From Nitrosopumilaceae archaeon (GTDB taxonomy: Archaea > Thermoproteota > Nitrososphaeria > Nitrososphaerales > Nitrosopumilaceae), in NCBI GenBank assembly GCA_965214835.1, contig CBDCCK010000002.1, positions 544,001-608,000 on the forward strand: a stretch of 64,000 nucleotides of DNA, in the 5' to 3' direction. The number at the start of each line of letters is the position of its first letter. Positions within the stretch are counted from its first letter, which is position 1. Of the stretch, positions 39,591 to 49,624 are shown piece after piece. Both the position numbers and the translations under genes were made by a program. The notes beneath the pieces were generated by a model. It was given only the letters and a program-made list of their open reading frames with translations, was not told where the DNA came from and did no database searches.

Positions 39591-42038
39591 CTAGGGGTCG
39601 GGGCAGCCGTCGTGATCACGATCGCCGTCATAGTCCTCAGGCAGGGAAATGCAGAGATCCTCGTCATTGATGACCCCATCCAGGTCAAGGTCATGCTTGT
39701 ATCTAGACTGCTCTGGAACCGTATCGGGGCAGCCGTCGTGGTCATCATACTTGTTCCAGGACTCCCTCTCGGTGGGACACTCGTCTACAATATCAAAGAA
39801 CCCGTCGCCGTCGGTGTCCACCCTGTCGGGGAATTCAGGTACAAAGTCCGGGCAGCCGTCGTGGTCAAGGTATCTATTCCAGGTTTCCTGTTCGCCCTGG
39901 CAAAGATCCATCACGTCAGGAACGCCGTCGCCGTCATCATCAGGTAGGGATACCTCGGCATCGGGGCAGCCGTCGTGGTCATTTACGCCGTCATATGTCT
40001 CAGCCTCAAACGGACAGTGATCATCCATGTCGGCGATGCCATCGTTGTCAGAATCCACAGCAATGGTGGTCAAAATGGTGTCCGGGCAGCCGTCGGTGTC
40101 CTGGAATTTGTTGTAAGTCTCCGGTTCCAGTTCGCAGGCATCAGTTACGTCGGGAACTCCGTCCATGTCGGCGTCTGACACTGGAATATAGTCATCGGGG
40201 CAGCCGTCGTGGTCAAGAATATCGTTGAGGGTCTCAGGCTGGCCTGGGCAAAGGTCGTCATAGTCGCTTATGCCGTCGCCGTCAGTATCAGGCAGCCCTC
40301 CGGGACCTGCTACAAGGTCAGGGCATCCGTCGGCGTCCTGGAATTTGTTGTAGACCTCGGGAGCCTCCGGGCATTCATCAGCACTGTCAGGTATGGAGTC
40401 ACCATCGGTGTCTAAATCATGCACAAAGTACGGAATGTCGGGACATCCGTCCTCGTCCTCAAATCCGTTGTAGCGCTCACGCTCTCCAATACACTGATCA
40501 ACGCTGTCCAGTATTCCGTCTTGATCAGTATCCAGCACCGTAGGATCGTCGGGACATCCGTCGTGGTCAAGGTATCTATTCCAGGTTTCCTGTTCTGATG
40601 CACACTGATCCAAGGTATCGGGAATTCCGTCGTCGTCGGCGTCAGGAGTGGGGACATCCGGGCACCCGTCCTCGTCAAGATAGCCGTTGAGGGTCTCAGC
40701 TACCAGGGGGCACGAGTCATGCAAGTCAGCGATCCCATCACCGTCATTGTCCGGCATGCTGTCATCTTCGACAGAGTCTGGACATCCGTCCTCGTCAAGA
40801 TATTTGTTGAATGTTTCCGGGGTTGATGGACACTGGTCTAGAGTGTTAGAAATTCCGTCAGAGTCAGAGTCTTTGCTGGCATCGGTATCCGGGCAGCCAT
40901 CATGGTCAAGAATTCCGTTGAGGGTCTCAGGCTGGTTTGGGCAAAGGTCGTCATAGTCGCTTATGCCGTCGCCGTCAGTATCAGGCAGCCCTCCGGAACC
41001 TGCTACAAGGTCAGGGCATCCGTCGGTGTCCTGATACAAATTGTAGGTTTCTTTTGATTCTGGACACTCGTCAGCACTGTCCAAGATTCCGTCTAGATCA
41101 GTGTCACGATCTAAAGAATACGGGGGAATGTCGGGGCATCCGTCCTCGTCCTCAAAGCCGTTGTAGCGTTCCGGAGCAAGGGGGCAAGAGTCGTCGACGT
41201 CTAGGACTCTATCCATGTCAGTATCATCTGGGGCGCCAAAGTCAGGTAGCGAGTCGGGGCATCCGTCAAAGTCTGCAAACCTGTTAAATGTCTCAGGATC
41301 ACTGGGACATATATCGAATTTGTCTGCTATGCCGTCCTTGTCGGTGTCAGCAAAGGAAGAGTCCGAAGATACATCTGGGCATCCGTCGGTGTCAAAATAG
41401 CCGTTGAAGGTTTCAGGCTCGGATGGACATGTGTCAAAAATATCCTCTATGCCGTCGTTGTCAGTATCAGCAAAGCCAGATTCAATGCTGTCGGGGCATC
41501 CGTCGGCGTCATCGAACATGTTGTAAGTCTCAGAACGCAGCGGGCATTGATCGAAATGGTCTGCAATCCCGTCCCTGTCGGTGTCACGCATTGAGGTGAA
41601 ATCGTCCGGACATCCGTCACGATCAAGTAGGCCGTTGAAGGTTTCGGCCCTTGTCGGACACAAATCGGCAAGATCAATAAAGCCGTCACCGTCCGAGTCG
41701 GGTCGGCCATCAGAGCCTCCATAAGGAGGCGTGTCAGGACATCCGTCCTCGTCCTGGAATAAATTATAGTTCTCTTTTACGTCAGGACACAGGTCAATGT
41801 GATCCTGAATGCCGTCAAAGTCTTCATCATACCATGGTACAAAGTCTGCCGGACACCCGTCTATAACACCGCCAAACTCTGTGCCATAGTCCTCCTGCAG
41901 GTTGGGACACCTGTCCTCATGGTTTGGTACGCCGTCCCTGTCAAAGTCTGCATCTTCGGCATAGACGCCACTGATGGGAACAGACCCGAGGGTAGAGGCC
42001 AACAGTAGCATAAACCCTAAAACGTGAAGTTTGTTCAT
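39591..42038 (-). CDS. Secreted thrombospondin type-3-like repeat protein C
   Basis: MNKLH signal peptide shared with B; DGCPD repeats. Confidence 0.88.
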   Translation of the reverse strand: MNKLHVLGFMLLLASTLGSVPISGVYAEDADFDRDGVPNHEDRCPNLQEDYGTEFGGVIDGCPADFVPWYDEDFDGIQDHIDLCPDVKENYNLFQDEDGCPDTPPYGGSDGRPDSDGDGFIDLADLCPTRAETFNGLLDRDGCPDDFTSMRDTDRDGIADHFDQCPLRSETYNMFDDADGCPDSIESGFADTDNDGIEDIFDTCPSEPETFNGYFDTDGCPDVSSDSSFADTDKDGIADKFDICPSDPETFNRFADFDGCPDSLPDFGAPDDTDMDRVLDVDDSCPLAPERYNGFEDEDGCPDIPPYSLDRDTDLDGILDSADECPESKETYNLYQDTDGCPDLVAGSGGLPDTDGDGISDYDDLCPNQPETLNGILDHDGCPDTDASKDSDSDGISNTLDQCPSTPETFNKYLDEDGCPDSVEDDSMPDNDGDGIADLHDSCPLVAETLNGYLDEDGCPDVPTPDADDDGIPDTLDQCASEQETWNRYLDHDGCPDDPTVLDTDQDGILDSVDQCIGERERYNGFEDEDGCPDIPYFVHDLDTDGDSIPDSADECPEAPEVYNKFQDADGCPDLVAGPGGLPDTDGDGISDYDDLCPGQPETLNDILDHDGCPDDYIPVSDADMDGVPDVTDACELEPETYNKFQDTDGCPDTILTTIAVDSDNDGIADMDDHCPFEAETYDGVNDHDGCPDAEVSLPDDDGDGVPDVMDLCQGEQETWNRYLDHDGCPDFVPEFPDRVDTDGDGFFDIVDECPTERESWNKYDDHDGCPDTVPEQSRYKHDLDLDGVINDEDLCISLPEDYDGDRDHDGCPDP

Positions 42039-42356
42039 TCTCCCCGAAACGTCATATCATCAGGATGTTATTAAACCTCGCGTTAAACTTGTGCGTAAGA
42101 GCCTGCCATCTCCCGAAGACATGGCGTGGGAGGCATGATGATCAAGGCCCCGGGAGGCAGTACAGCCCGGGGCAAACTCGTACGACTTGTACATCCACGG
42201 GGTTTAAGAGGATTGCCTGGACGCGGCCTGTTGCACGGCCCTGCCTGAACGCGCATGAACAGCTTGGGGCCTTTTGTGCCTAAAATTCAGGGTTATGCAG
42301 CACACTGCCTTGCCGGATGAGACTAGCTTTAAGTAAACGGCGCCAGTTTTTAGGGT

Positions 42357-43385
42357 ATGAGCTGCTCCGGGGAGACATACGGGCAAGAAAGCGAGCTCAT
42401 CCAGATCAGGCCCGGGGTTATGCAGCAGCTAAAAAAGGCCAAGTACGGGGTAGCCGATCATTCCACCGTGGAGCTGTGCCACTGGACGAAAAAATCATTC
42501 AGGAACGAGGGGGACTGCTACAAGCACAAGTTCTACGGGATCCTGACCCACAGATGCATGGAGTTCTCGCCTGCGGGGATGTACTGTGAGAACCGCTGCG
42601 TGTATTGCTGGAGGCCCATGGAGTTCTACGACTCTGTATCAATGGAGCCAGAAAAGGTCGCCGAGCCACAGCAAATCATGGACAGGCTGATGGAGGAGCG
42701 CAGGGGCTTGATCATGGGACATTACGGGGATCCGGCAAAGGACAGGCAGAAGCTAGACGAGTCGCTGTATCCGACACACTATGCAATATCGCTGTCCGGG
42801 GAGCCGACAATGTACCCCAAGCTTCCCCAGCTCATCAGATACCTCAGGGGGCTGAAGGAGACAAAGTCAATTTTTCTGGTGACTAACGGGCAGGAGCCGG
42901 ACATGATAAGGAGGCTGCAAGACGAGGACGCGCTGCCCACACAGCTGTATCTTTCAACGAACGCGGCAGACCGCGAGGCGTTTCTTAAAATCAACCAGCC
43001 AAGGTACGATGACTCGTGGGAGAGGTGGAATGAGACTCTGAACATGCTAAAAGATCTGGACACTAGAACCGTGATCAGGATTACCTTGATCAGGGGATAC
43101 AACACGGACAGGGGCATGGTTCGGGCATTTGCAGGAATGCTCAGAAAGTCTAGCGCCAACTTTATAGAGGTCAAGTCATACATGCACGTCGGAAGGTCAA
43201 TCAACAGGCTGGAGAAGGACAGCATGCTGGAGATAGGCGAGGTCAGGGAGTTTGCACGCGGGCTGGCAGGACAGAGTGAAATCTTCTCAGTCATGGATGA
43301 GAGCGAGGCGTCCAGGATCGTGGTGCTGCAAAACATGGAGAGGTTCGTCGACAGGCAGATTCCTACCTATGTAGAAACCAGTTAG
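42357..43385 (+). CDS. taw1: 4-demethylwyosine synthase (radical SAM)
   Basis: CHWTK, CYK..FYGI..HRC, CENRCVYC, SLSGEP. Confidence 0.93.
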   Translation: MSCSGETYGQESELIQIRPGVMQQLKKAKYGVADHSTVELCHWTKKSFRNEGDCYKHKFYGILTHRCMEFSPAGMYCENRCVYCWRPMEFYDSVSMEPEKVAEPQQIMDRLMEERRGLIMGHYGDPAKDRQKLDESLYPTHYAISLSGEPTMYPKLPQLIRYLRGLKETKSIFLVTNGQEPDMIRRLQDEDALPTQLYLSTNAADREAFLKINQPRYDDSWERWNETLNMLKDLDTRTVIRITLIRGYNTDRGMVRAFAGMLRKSSANFIEVKSYMHVGRSINRLEKDSMLEIGEVREFARGLAGQSEIFSVMDESEASRIVVLQNMERFVDRQIPTYVETS

Positions 43386-43911
43386 AGAATTTTTTCAGGG
43401 ACTCGTATCTGTGGGAGACCGAGTTTTTGCCGGCAAGCTCGGCAAACGTCTTGGTCTGGCCGTCGGCAATGAAGATGGGGTCATATCCCCAGCCCCTTCC
43501 CCTCACGGCTTTGGAGATCCTTCCCGGAACCCTTGCCTCAAACGAAGTCAGTCTGCTCCCGTCACAGTAGGTAATGACGGATGCAAAGGATGCCGCCCTG
43601 CTTCTGCCCACCAGCCTAAGAATTCCCTTGTTCCCGATTGTGCCAAATGCAAAGGAGGAGTACGGGCCGGGGAATCCCCCCAGCGAGTTGATCTCCAGGC
43701 CGTCGTCTTCTACAATTACCTGCCTTTTGCACAGTTTGAAGGCGTGCCTTGCCTTGTGCCGGGAGATTGTCCGGATGGAGTCCGACTGGATCTCCTGCAG
43801 TGAGCAAGAAAAGAATTCCAGCTCTATGCCGTACGTGCCAAGAATGCTCTGCGCCTCGGCAAACTTGTGCCGGTTAGACGAGGCAAAAAGCAGCCTAGAC
43901 GACAGACGCAT
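43363..43911 (-). CDS. rdgB: Non-canonical purine NTP pyrophosphatase (RdgB/HAM1)
   Basis: SSN.HK, EDDGL, GFPG, GYDPIF, SHR. Confidence 0.93.
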   Translation of the reverse strand: MRLSSRLLFASSNRHKFAEAQSILGTYGIELEFFSCSLQEIQSDSIRTISRHKARHAFKLCKRQVIVEDDGLEINSLGGFPGPYSSFAFGTIGNKGILRLVGRSRAASFASVITYCDGSRLTSFEARVPGRISKAVRGRGWGYDPIFIADGQTKTFAELAGKNSVSHRYESLKKFSNWFLHR

Positions 43912-44518
43912 ACCTGCCCCTGCCTTCAATGATCGAGACCAGTCTGAGGATTTTATTGCAATAGGCGGCGCCGACTACGGACCTGTACCCGGCAAGGAAG
44001 CCCTGCCACGCCCCGTCCATGATTTTGGCATGTGCGCTGTTCAGGGTCTCTTTGATCAGCCTAAGATCCACGGCGTGATCCTCGGGCTTTTCGGTCCTGA
44101 CTGCAAGCCCAAAGTCGATCACGTGTATGCCGTCCTTGGACAGGACAAAGTTCGAGGTCGTCGGATCGCCGTGCATGACGCCGTTTTTGTGAAGCAGGCC
44201 GACGACGATCCCGATGGGTCCTGAGCAGGAGATGATCTTTTTCGGCGGCAGATCATGGACGGGGGTGCCGGAGATATGCTGCATGATGATCTCGTATTTT
44301 TTGGCATCGACGAAATAGACCAGGGGTGCCGGGACTCCAAACGACTTTACATGCGAGATGATTTGGGACTCGTGAATGGTGCGGTGCCTTCTAATCCTTT
44401 TGTCAAGCTCGGGATGGCGGTATGCCCTGGCCTTCCGGGATTTAAGTATGGAGGGGCGCTCATGCCAGTCCAGGGAGTAGATGTCCCCCTCTGCGCCACG
44501 CTTGACTAGCTTCATCAA
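43895..44518 (-). CDS. bud32: KEOPS kinase Bud32
   Basis: RGAE, YRHPELD, HGDPTTSN, IDFGL. Confidence 0.92.
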   Translation of the reverse strand: MMKLVKRGAEGDIYSLDWHERPSILKSRKARAYRHPELDKRIRRHRTIHESQIISHVKSFGVPAPLVYFVDAKKYEIIMQHISGTPVHDLPPKKIISCSGPIGIVVGLLHKNGVMHGDPTTSNFVLSKDGIHVIDFGLAVRTEKPEDHAVDLRLIKETLNSAHAKIMDGAWQGFLAGYRSVVGAAYCNKILRLVSIIEGRGRYASVV

Positions 44519-44530
44519 AATTAAAATTAA

Positions 44531-44878
44531 ATGAGATGCTTAAAAGTCATCATGAGGGAAGGAGAGGAGAGGATCAAGCAGGAGGACTGCTCTGAGGACT
44601 CGCTGGGCTCTGGCATCCTGACGCTGACCAACAGGAGGCTGGCCTTTGACAAGGCAAGGGGCAGGATTATGGACTTTTCAAAAAAGTTCGAGGACACGGT
44701 GGTGGATGTCCCGCTAGGCGAGGTCACAAAGGCCTGGAAGGAGGGCAGGTTCATCAAGAAGGTGTGCTTTGCGGCAAGGCAGGACAACGAGGAGAGAACC
44801 TACAAGTTCGGGGTCTTTAACACGAGCGACTGGCTGGAAACGATTCAGGACGCGCTAGAGGACCATAAAAGTCAGTAG
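44531..44878 (+). CDS. Hypothetical protein (PH/GRAM-like)
   Basis: GILTLTNRRLAF motif; W near the C-terminus. Confidence 0.6.
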   Translation: MRCLKVIMREGEERIKQEDCSEDSLGSGILTLTNRRLAFDKARGRIMDFSKKFEDTVVDVPLGEVTKAWKEGRFIKKVCFAARQDNEERTYKFGVFNTSDWLETIQDALEDHKSQ

Positions 44879-45855
44879 CGTATGCGTACCGTATCCAGGC
44901 GCCAGGACTGCCTGACAAAGGTGTCGTCGATTTTTGCGCCGGGCCCGACGGTAGACTCCATGAGCCCGGTCCAGGCTATCTGCGAGCCGCAGTCCCCGGC
45001 GTACCTTAGGGGAACCACAAGCAGCCGGCAGCCCTGTCGCCTGCACACGTCATCTAGCATGAGCGACAGGCGCTTGTTGGCGGCAACGCCGCCTACGACC
45101 ATCAGCTCCTTTTTCCTTGTAAAGGACAGTGCGCGCTCCACTGCCTCGCATACCATTGCAAAGGCAGTCTCCTGAAGCGAGTAGCACGCCTCTTTTTTCC
45201 CCTGCCTTGCCAGGGCCTTGGCCGCAGACAGAAGACCAGAAAAGGAGACGTCGTTGCCCTTTACCGCATAGGGAAGCGATCTGTAGTCCTCCGAGCCCAG
45301 GGCCATCTCCTCGATTACCCTTCCACACGGGGATGCCAGTCCCAGGGAGCGGCCAAACTGGTCTAGCAGCTGTCCCAGCGTAATATCCAGGGTCTCCCCG
45401 AAAACCCTCCACTGCCTCATCAAAAATGCAAGCAGCATCGTATGTCCTCCCGAGACAAGCAGTACCAGGGGATCCTTTGCGCCGGTCAGCAGCCTTCCCA
45501 GCTCAATGTGTCCGACCGCATGGTTGACGGGATAGATCGGGATGTCATAGTAGGAGGCCAGGGAGCGGGCGACTACGGCGCCCACGCGCAGGCAGGGGCC
45601 AAGTCCCGGACCGCCCGCATACGAAATCAGATCCAGGTCGCCGATGCGGACGCCTGCCTCCTCCATGCACAGGGACAGGACCTGCGGGCTGTTTTCAACA
45701 TGGTGCCTGGATGCCTCGCGGGGATGAATGCCCTGCCCCTCCGGGGGCTTGAAGATCCTTCGCACGTCAGACCGGATTATTCCCCTGCCCCCCCTTTTCT
45801 CCATTACTGCGCAAGAAAAGGTGTGCGCGGTGCTTTCAATTCCCAGACCCAGCAT
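44872..45855 (-). CDS. kae1: tRNA N6-threonylcarbamoyltransferase Kae1
   Basis: GIESTAHT, HAVGH, VSGGHT, GGVAAN. Confidence 0.95.
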   Translation of the reverse strand: MLGLGIESTAHTFSCAVMEKRGGRGIIRSDVRRIFKPPEGQGIHPREASRHHVENSPQVLSLCMEEAGVRIGDLDLISYAGGPGLGPCLRVGAVVARSLASYYDIPIYPVNHAVGHIELGRLLTGAKDPLVLLVSGGHTMLLAFLMRQWRVFGETLDITLGQLLDQFGRSLGLASPCGRVIEEMALGSEDYRSLPYAVKGNDVSFSGLLSAAKALARQGKKEACYSLQETAFAMVCEAVERALSFTRKKELMVVGGVAANKRLSLMLDDVCRRQGCRLLVVPLRYAGDCGSQIAWTGLMESTVGPGAKIDDTFVRQSWRLDTVRIRY

Positions 45856-45856
45856 T

Positions 45857-47047
45857 CTATCCCCTGCTCATGCTTGAGACTATCTTGACGACGTCGCCGT
45901 CCTGCAGGATATAGTCTGCACCAACCCTCTGCCTGGACCTGCAGTTTATCCCGAAAAGAAACCCCCTTCCAATGTCGGCATGAACCGCATAGGCAAGATC
46001 CCTTGCGGTGGAGCCCGGAGGCATCAGCTTTGCATCTGGCAGCACCTGGCCGTCCTTGTCGCACAGCCGGGTCTCATCCTCAACGGGGTAGACCACGCTG
46101 AGCTTCAGCAGGTCAAATGCGGCATGGTTCAGGGCGCGCTGCACTCCGGTCGTCTTGATTTTTTCAAGGACCGAGGAGACTAGGGCCAGGGCCTTTTTCT
46201 GCTCGGGCCCAAGGGAAGACCCGTCTCTTACCGAGAACGTCTCGCTGCCGGGCACATAGTCAACGATCCCTGCCTTGCTTGCCTTTTTTAGCAGCAGCTC
46301 CGACTCTGCACTGCATGGAACCACCGCCGAGCCGGTGATTTTTTTTACAATGTCCAAATCGGCGCAAAGATCCGCCTTGTTTGCAGCCACCATGATTGGC
46401 TTTGAGGTCAGGCGCAGCTCCCTGACAAAGCCTGCCAGATCACCGTCAGACCACTCTTTTGGTTTTTTTGATGCAAGGTTTAGTCTTTGGATTACGCCTT
46501 GTATGACGCCCTCGGATATTCCCAGCCCGCTAAACCTGCCCGCAATGGCCTGGGCCAGCTTTACGGTCTTCATTTCGACCTCGCGTGACAGCTTGTCCCA
46601 CTCCCTGCCAAGAATTTGCTTGAACCACTGCTCAAACTCGTTTGTGACAAACGCCACGTCCTCCAGGGGGTCATGCGAGCCGGGAGTTACCGGCTGTCCT
46701 CGAATATCGGTGGCGCCTGCGATGTCAACCACATGGATCAGGGCCTCGGCCTGCCTTGCATCGTCAAGAAACTGGTTTCCCAGCCCCTTGCCCTCATGTG
46801 CGCCGGGAACCAGGCCTGCGATGTCAATCAGCTTTACCGGAATGAACCTGGCTCCATCTATGCAGTACTGGCTTTCGTGCTTGATTTCAAAGTGCTTGCA
46901 GGCGCAGTCCGTTTTTACATGGCCCACGCCAACGTTTGGCTCAATTGTGGTAAAGGGAAAGTTTCCGGTCGCCACAGGGGTCTCGGTGGCGGCAGAGAAA
47001 AACGTTGATTTTCCTACGTTTGCCTTGCCAAGCAGGCCAATCTGCAT
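45857..47047 (-). CDS. ychF: Obg-family redox-regulated ATPase/GTPase YchF
   Basis: GKANVGKS, FPFTT, DIAG, NKAD, TGS-like C-terminus. Confidence 0.9.
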   Translation of the reverse strand: MQIGLLGKANVGKSTFFSAATETPVATGNFPFTTIEPNVGVGHVKTDCACKHFEIKHESQYCIDGARFIPVKLIDIAGLVPGAHEGKGLGNQFLDDARQAEALIHVVDIAGATDIRGQPVTPGSHDPLEDVAFVTNEFEQWFKQILGREWDKLSREVEMKTVKLAQAIAGRFSGLGISEGVIQGVIQRLNLASKKPKEWSDGDLAGFVRELRLTSKPIMVAANKADLCADLDIVKKITGSAVVPCSAESELLLKKASKAGIVDYVPGSETFSVRDGSSLGPEQKKALALVSSVLEKIKTTGVQRALNHAAFDLLKLSVVYPVEDETRLCDKDGQVLPDAKLMPPGSTARDLAYAVHADIGRGFLFGINCRSRQRVGADYILQDGDVVKIVSSMSRG

Positions 47048-47115
47048 GTGCACAAGGGCTCGGCTTGTCCATATTAGTATTGCATAAATGACCGGTCGCA
47101 TAAAAGAAGGCCAAG

Positions 47116-47670
47116 ATGGCATTTGTGATTACCGGAAACCCGGGGGTCGGCAAGCACACCATAGCCCGAAGAGTCGCAGATCAGCGCGGCCTGAAGACCC
47201 TAGATCTCAACCAAATCGCAGTCAGGTCCGGGATAGCGGAGAGGGCGGGGGAGACGCTTGATGTGGACGTCGAGATACTGAGGAATGTCCTCGGGGGAGA
47301 GGTCTCAGAAAATGCGCTAGTCGTCGGGCACCTGGCCCCGTACGTAGTCGACAGGAGCCAGGTGGAGCTGGCCGTCATACTAAGGAAAAACCCATACAAG
47401 CTTGATCACACATACAAAAGGAGGGGCTACTCGGAGTCAAAAATAATACAAAACCAGGGAAGCGAGATTCTGGGCATCATAGCACACGACGCGACGGCCA
47501 GGTTCGGGCAAGAAAAGACCGTCCAAATCGACACAAGCGATCGCCCAGTAGGGGAGACGGTCCGCATGGTAGGCGACGCAATGGAGGGAAACCCACGCCA
47601 AGACGCAGTTGACTGGCTAGGAATGGTAAGCTGCAGGGGGGACATGGGAAGGTTCTTTCCAACTGATTAA
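47116..47670 (+). CDS. Adenylate kinase AK6/Fap7 family
   Basis: TGNPGVGK, GHL, RRGY..K. Confidence 0.82.
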   Translation: MAFVITGNPGVGKHTIARRVADQRGLKTLDLNQIAVRSGIAERAGETLDVDVEILRNVLGGEVSENALVVGHLAPYVVDRSQVELAVILRKNPYKLDHTYKRRGYSESKIIQNQGSEILGIIAHDATARFGQEKTVQIDTSDRPVGETVRMVGDAMEGNPRQDAVDWLGMVSCRGDMGRFFPTD

Positions 47671-47696
47671 ATACCGTTTGCTGGGGCAGATCTTCA

Positions 47697-49211
47697 TTGT
47701 TTGAGGTCACAAAGACGGACTTGGCGGCAAGGATCGGCAGACTGAGGACCAACCACGGGACGGTTGAGACCCCCGCGTACGTACCTGTAGTCCACCCAGT
47801 CAAGCAGTCGATCCCCGCAAAAAAAATCCGGGAGATGGGCTTTGACGTCGTCATTACAAATGCATACATTTCAAGAGGCAGCTACGGGGACGAGGCAGTA
47901 AGGAGGGGAATCCACAAGATTATCGACTATGACGGCGCCATAATGACGGATTCCGGCGGATACCAGGTGCTGGAATACGGGGACGTGGACGTATCGCCAG
48001 AGCAGATGCAGGAGTTTGAGACTGGAATCATGGCGGACTTTGCAATACCGCTGGACAGGCCGACTGGCCTTGGCCTGTCAAAGTCACTGGCAAAAAGACG
48101 CGTCGATCATACCCTGAGGGTCTGCAGGGAGACGCTTGAGGCGAGTCCGGACAACGGCCAAATCTGGATGGGGCCGATCCAGGGCGGGGAGCACTCGGAG
48201 CTGGTCAGGCGATCCACCAGGGGGCTGCTAGAGGCAGGATTCAGGATGCTGGCATTGGGAAGCCCTGTCGAGTTTATGGAATCATACGAGTACAGGCTGC
48301 TGGCCGAAATGATAGTTGTGGCCAAGAGGCAGATGCCCCACTCGGTTCCCCTGCATCTGTTTGGCGCAGGACACCCGCTTACCATCCCGTTTGCCGTAGC
48401 GCTTGGATGCGATACGTTTGACTCGGCATCATACATGCTGTATGCAAGGCAGGGCAGGTACATTACCGAGGATAGGACGCGCCGCCTCTCAGACATGACA
48501 TACTTTTCGTGCCCGTGCGAGGTCTGCGCAAGGTACACGCCCGGAGAGCTTTGCGCATCAGGGGAGGGGGAGAGGACAGACGGCGTTGCGCTGCACAACC
48601 TTTACGCAATAAGATCCGAGGTGGACAGGGTAAAGGAGGCAGTCATGGAGGGGAGGCTGTGGGAGTACGTGATGAAAAAATGCAGGGCCCACCCGAGGCT
48701 ATACGAGGTCATCGGCGTCATGGTTGGGAATTCGGACTATCTGCAAAAGACGACTCCAAGGTTCAAGGAAAGGGCGGTGTTTCTTTACTCTGCCGAGGAT
48801 CAGTTCAGGCCCGAGGTCACGTCATACTGCGAGAGCGTAAAGAGGTACAGGACCAGAAAAAAGTCGCTGCTGATCATGCCGGAGACGGCCAAAAGGCCGG
48901 CGTACCTGTCCCCAGAATACGGCAGGCTCAAAAGAACAGTTGCCGGCATTGACAAAATGCAGGTGTGCCAGTACAACCCGTTCCTGGGGCTCATTCCGGT
49001 GGAGATCTCAGACATGTATCCGGCCTCGCACTATGTTGCAGTCAGAGCCAAGCAGAACCCCAGAGAATTTCCCGCGTTCGGGGATACCTGGGCGAGGTTT
49101 TTTGAAAACAACAGGTTTGAGGAGATAACGTACGACAAGGGTGACGAGTTTCTGAGTCACTTTGTCAAGAAAATACCAGACAAGATCACAAAGAAATCCC
49201 TGAAACTCTAA
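47697..49211 (+). CDS. tgtA: Archaeosine tRNA-guanine(15) transglycosylase
   Basis: TDSGGYQ, HLFGAGHP, FDSASY, CPCEVC. Confidence 0.95.
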   Translation: MFEVTKTDLAARIGRLRTNHGTVETPAYVPVVHPVKQSIPAKKIREMGFDVVITNAYISRGSYGDEAVRRGIHKIIDYDGAIMTDSGGYQVLEYGDVDVSPEQMQEFETGIMADFAIPLDRPTGLGLSKSLAKRRVDHTLRVCRETLEASPDNGQIWMGPIQGGEHSELVRRSTRGLLEAGFRMLALGSPVEFMESYEYRLLAEMIVVAKRQMPHSVPLHLFGAGHPLTIPFAVALGCDTFDSASYMLYARQGRYITEDRTRRLSDMTYFSCPCEVCARYTPGELCASGEGERTDGVALHNLYAIRSEVDRVKEAVMEGRLWEYVMKKCRAHPRLYEVIGVMVGNSDYLQKTTPRFKERAVFLYSAEDQFRPEVTSYCESVKRYRTRKKSLLIMPETAKRPAYLSPEYGRLKRTVAGIDKMQVCQYNPFLGLIPVEISDMYPASHYVAVRAKQNPREFPAFGDTWARFFENNRFEEITYDKGDEFLSHFVKKIPDKITKKSLKL

Positions 49212-49494
49212 AACAGTATCCATGTGAATTCTTGAAGCATTTTCCGGGATCTCGTGATATGGAGCATGGCTTTTGCCAGGGTTGCTCCATTTCCAAAGGG
49301 ATGGGTGGACATGTAACCATTCGGGGCTTTCCTCCAGTACCATCCTCATCCATTTGTTAGGCGATCCCGTAGCTAGTTGATCTAGGCATCATCCTCAGAC
49401 TGATAACGCAGTAGAGTAACCATGATATCCATTTGAAACGTTTCATGCCGTTGGGTGAAGGTAGTCAACTCGTAAAAGAGACGTAGTCTCGACA

Positions 49495-49623
49495 GGGGTT
49501 GCCGCCTAATTCTACTTGTTTGGCTCAATCTGCACGCTTTTCTGAATTTCCGCCCTTTTGCACGCCTGATCATATGGCATCTCAACGGTTTTCGGGGATT
49601 CTAGCGAATTAGGCGACAACCCC
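49495..49623. mobile_element. 129-bp MITE (family C)
   Basis: TIRs GGGGTTGCCGCCTAATTC / GAATTAGGCGACAACCCC (17/18); interior similar to 12885-12962. Confidence 0.7.
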
Positions 49624-49624
49624 A

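Noticed and set aside
31667-42038. Diversity-generating retroelement TR/VR pairs among TSP3 repeats
   Set aside because: No reverse transcriptase in the window; both copies are coding and differences do not look adenine-specific.
46275-47087. Long antisense ORFs (also 9069-9842, 53120-53794, 58871-59518 and similar)
   Set aside because: Antisense or alternate-frame shadows of well-supported genes in GC-rich DNA.
49215-49350. Fic-domain remnant (minus strand HPFGNG)
   Set aside because: Only part of the HPFxxGNGR motif; no supporting ORF.
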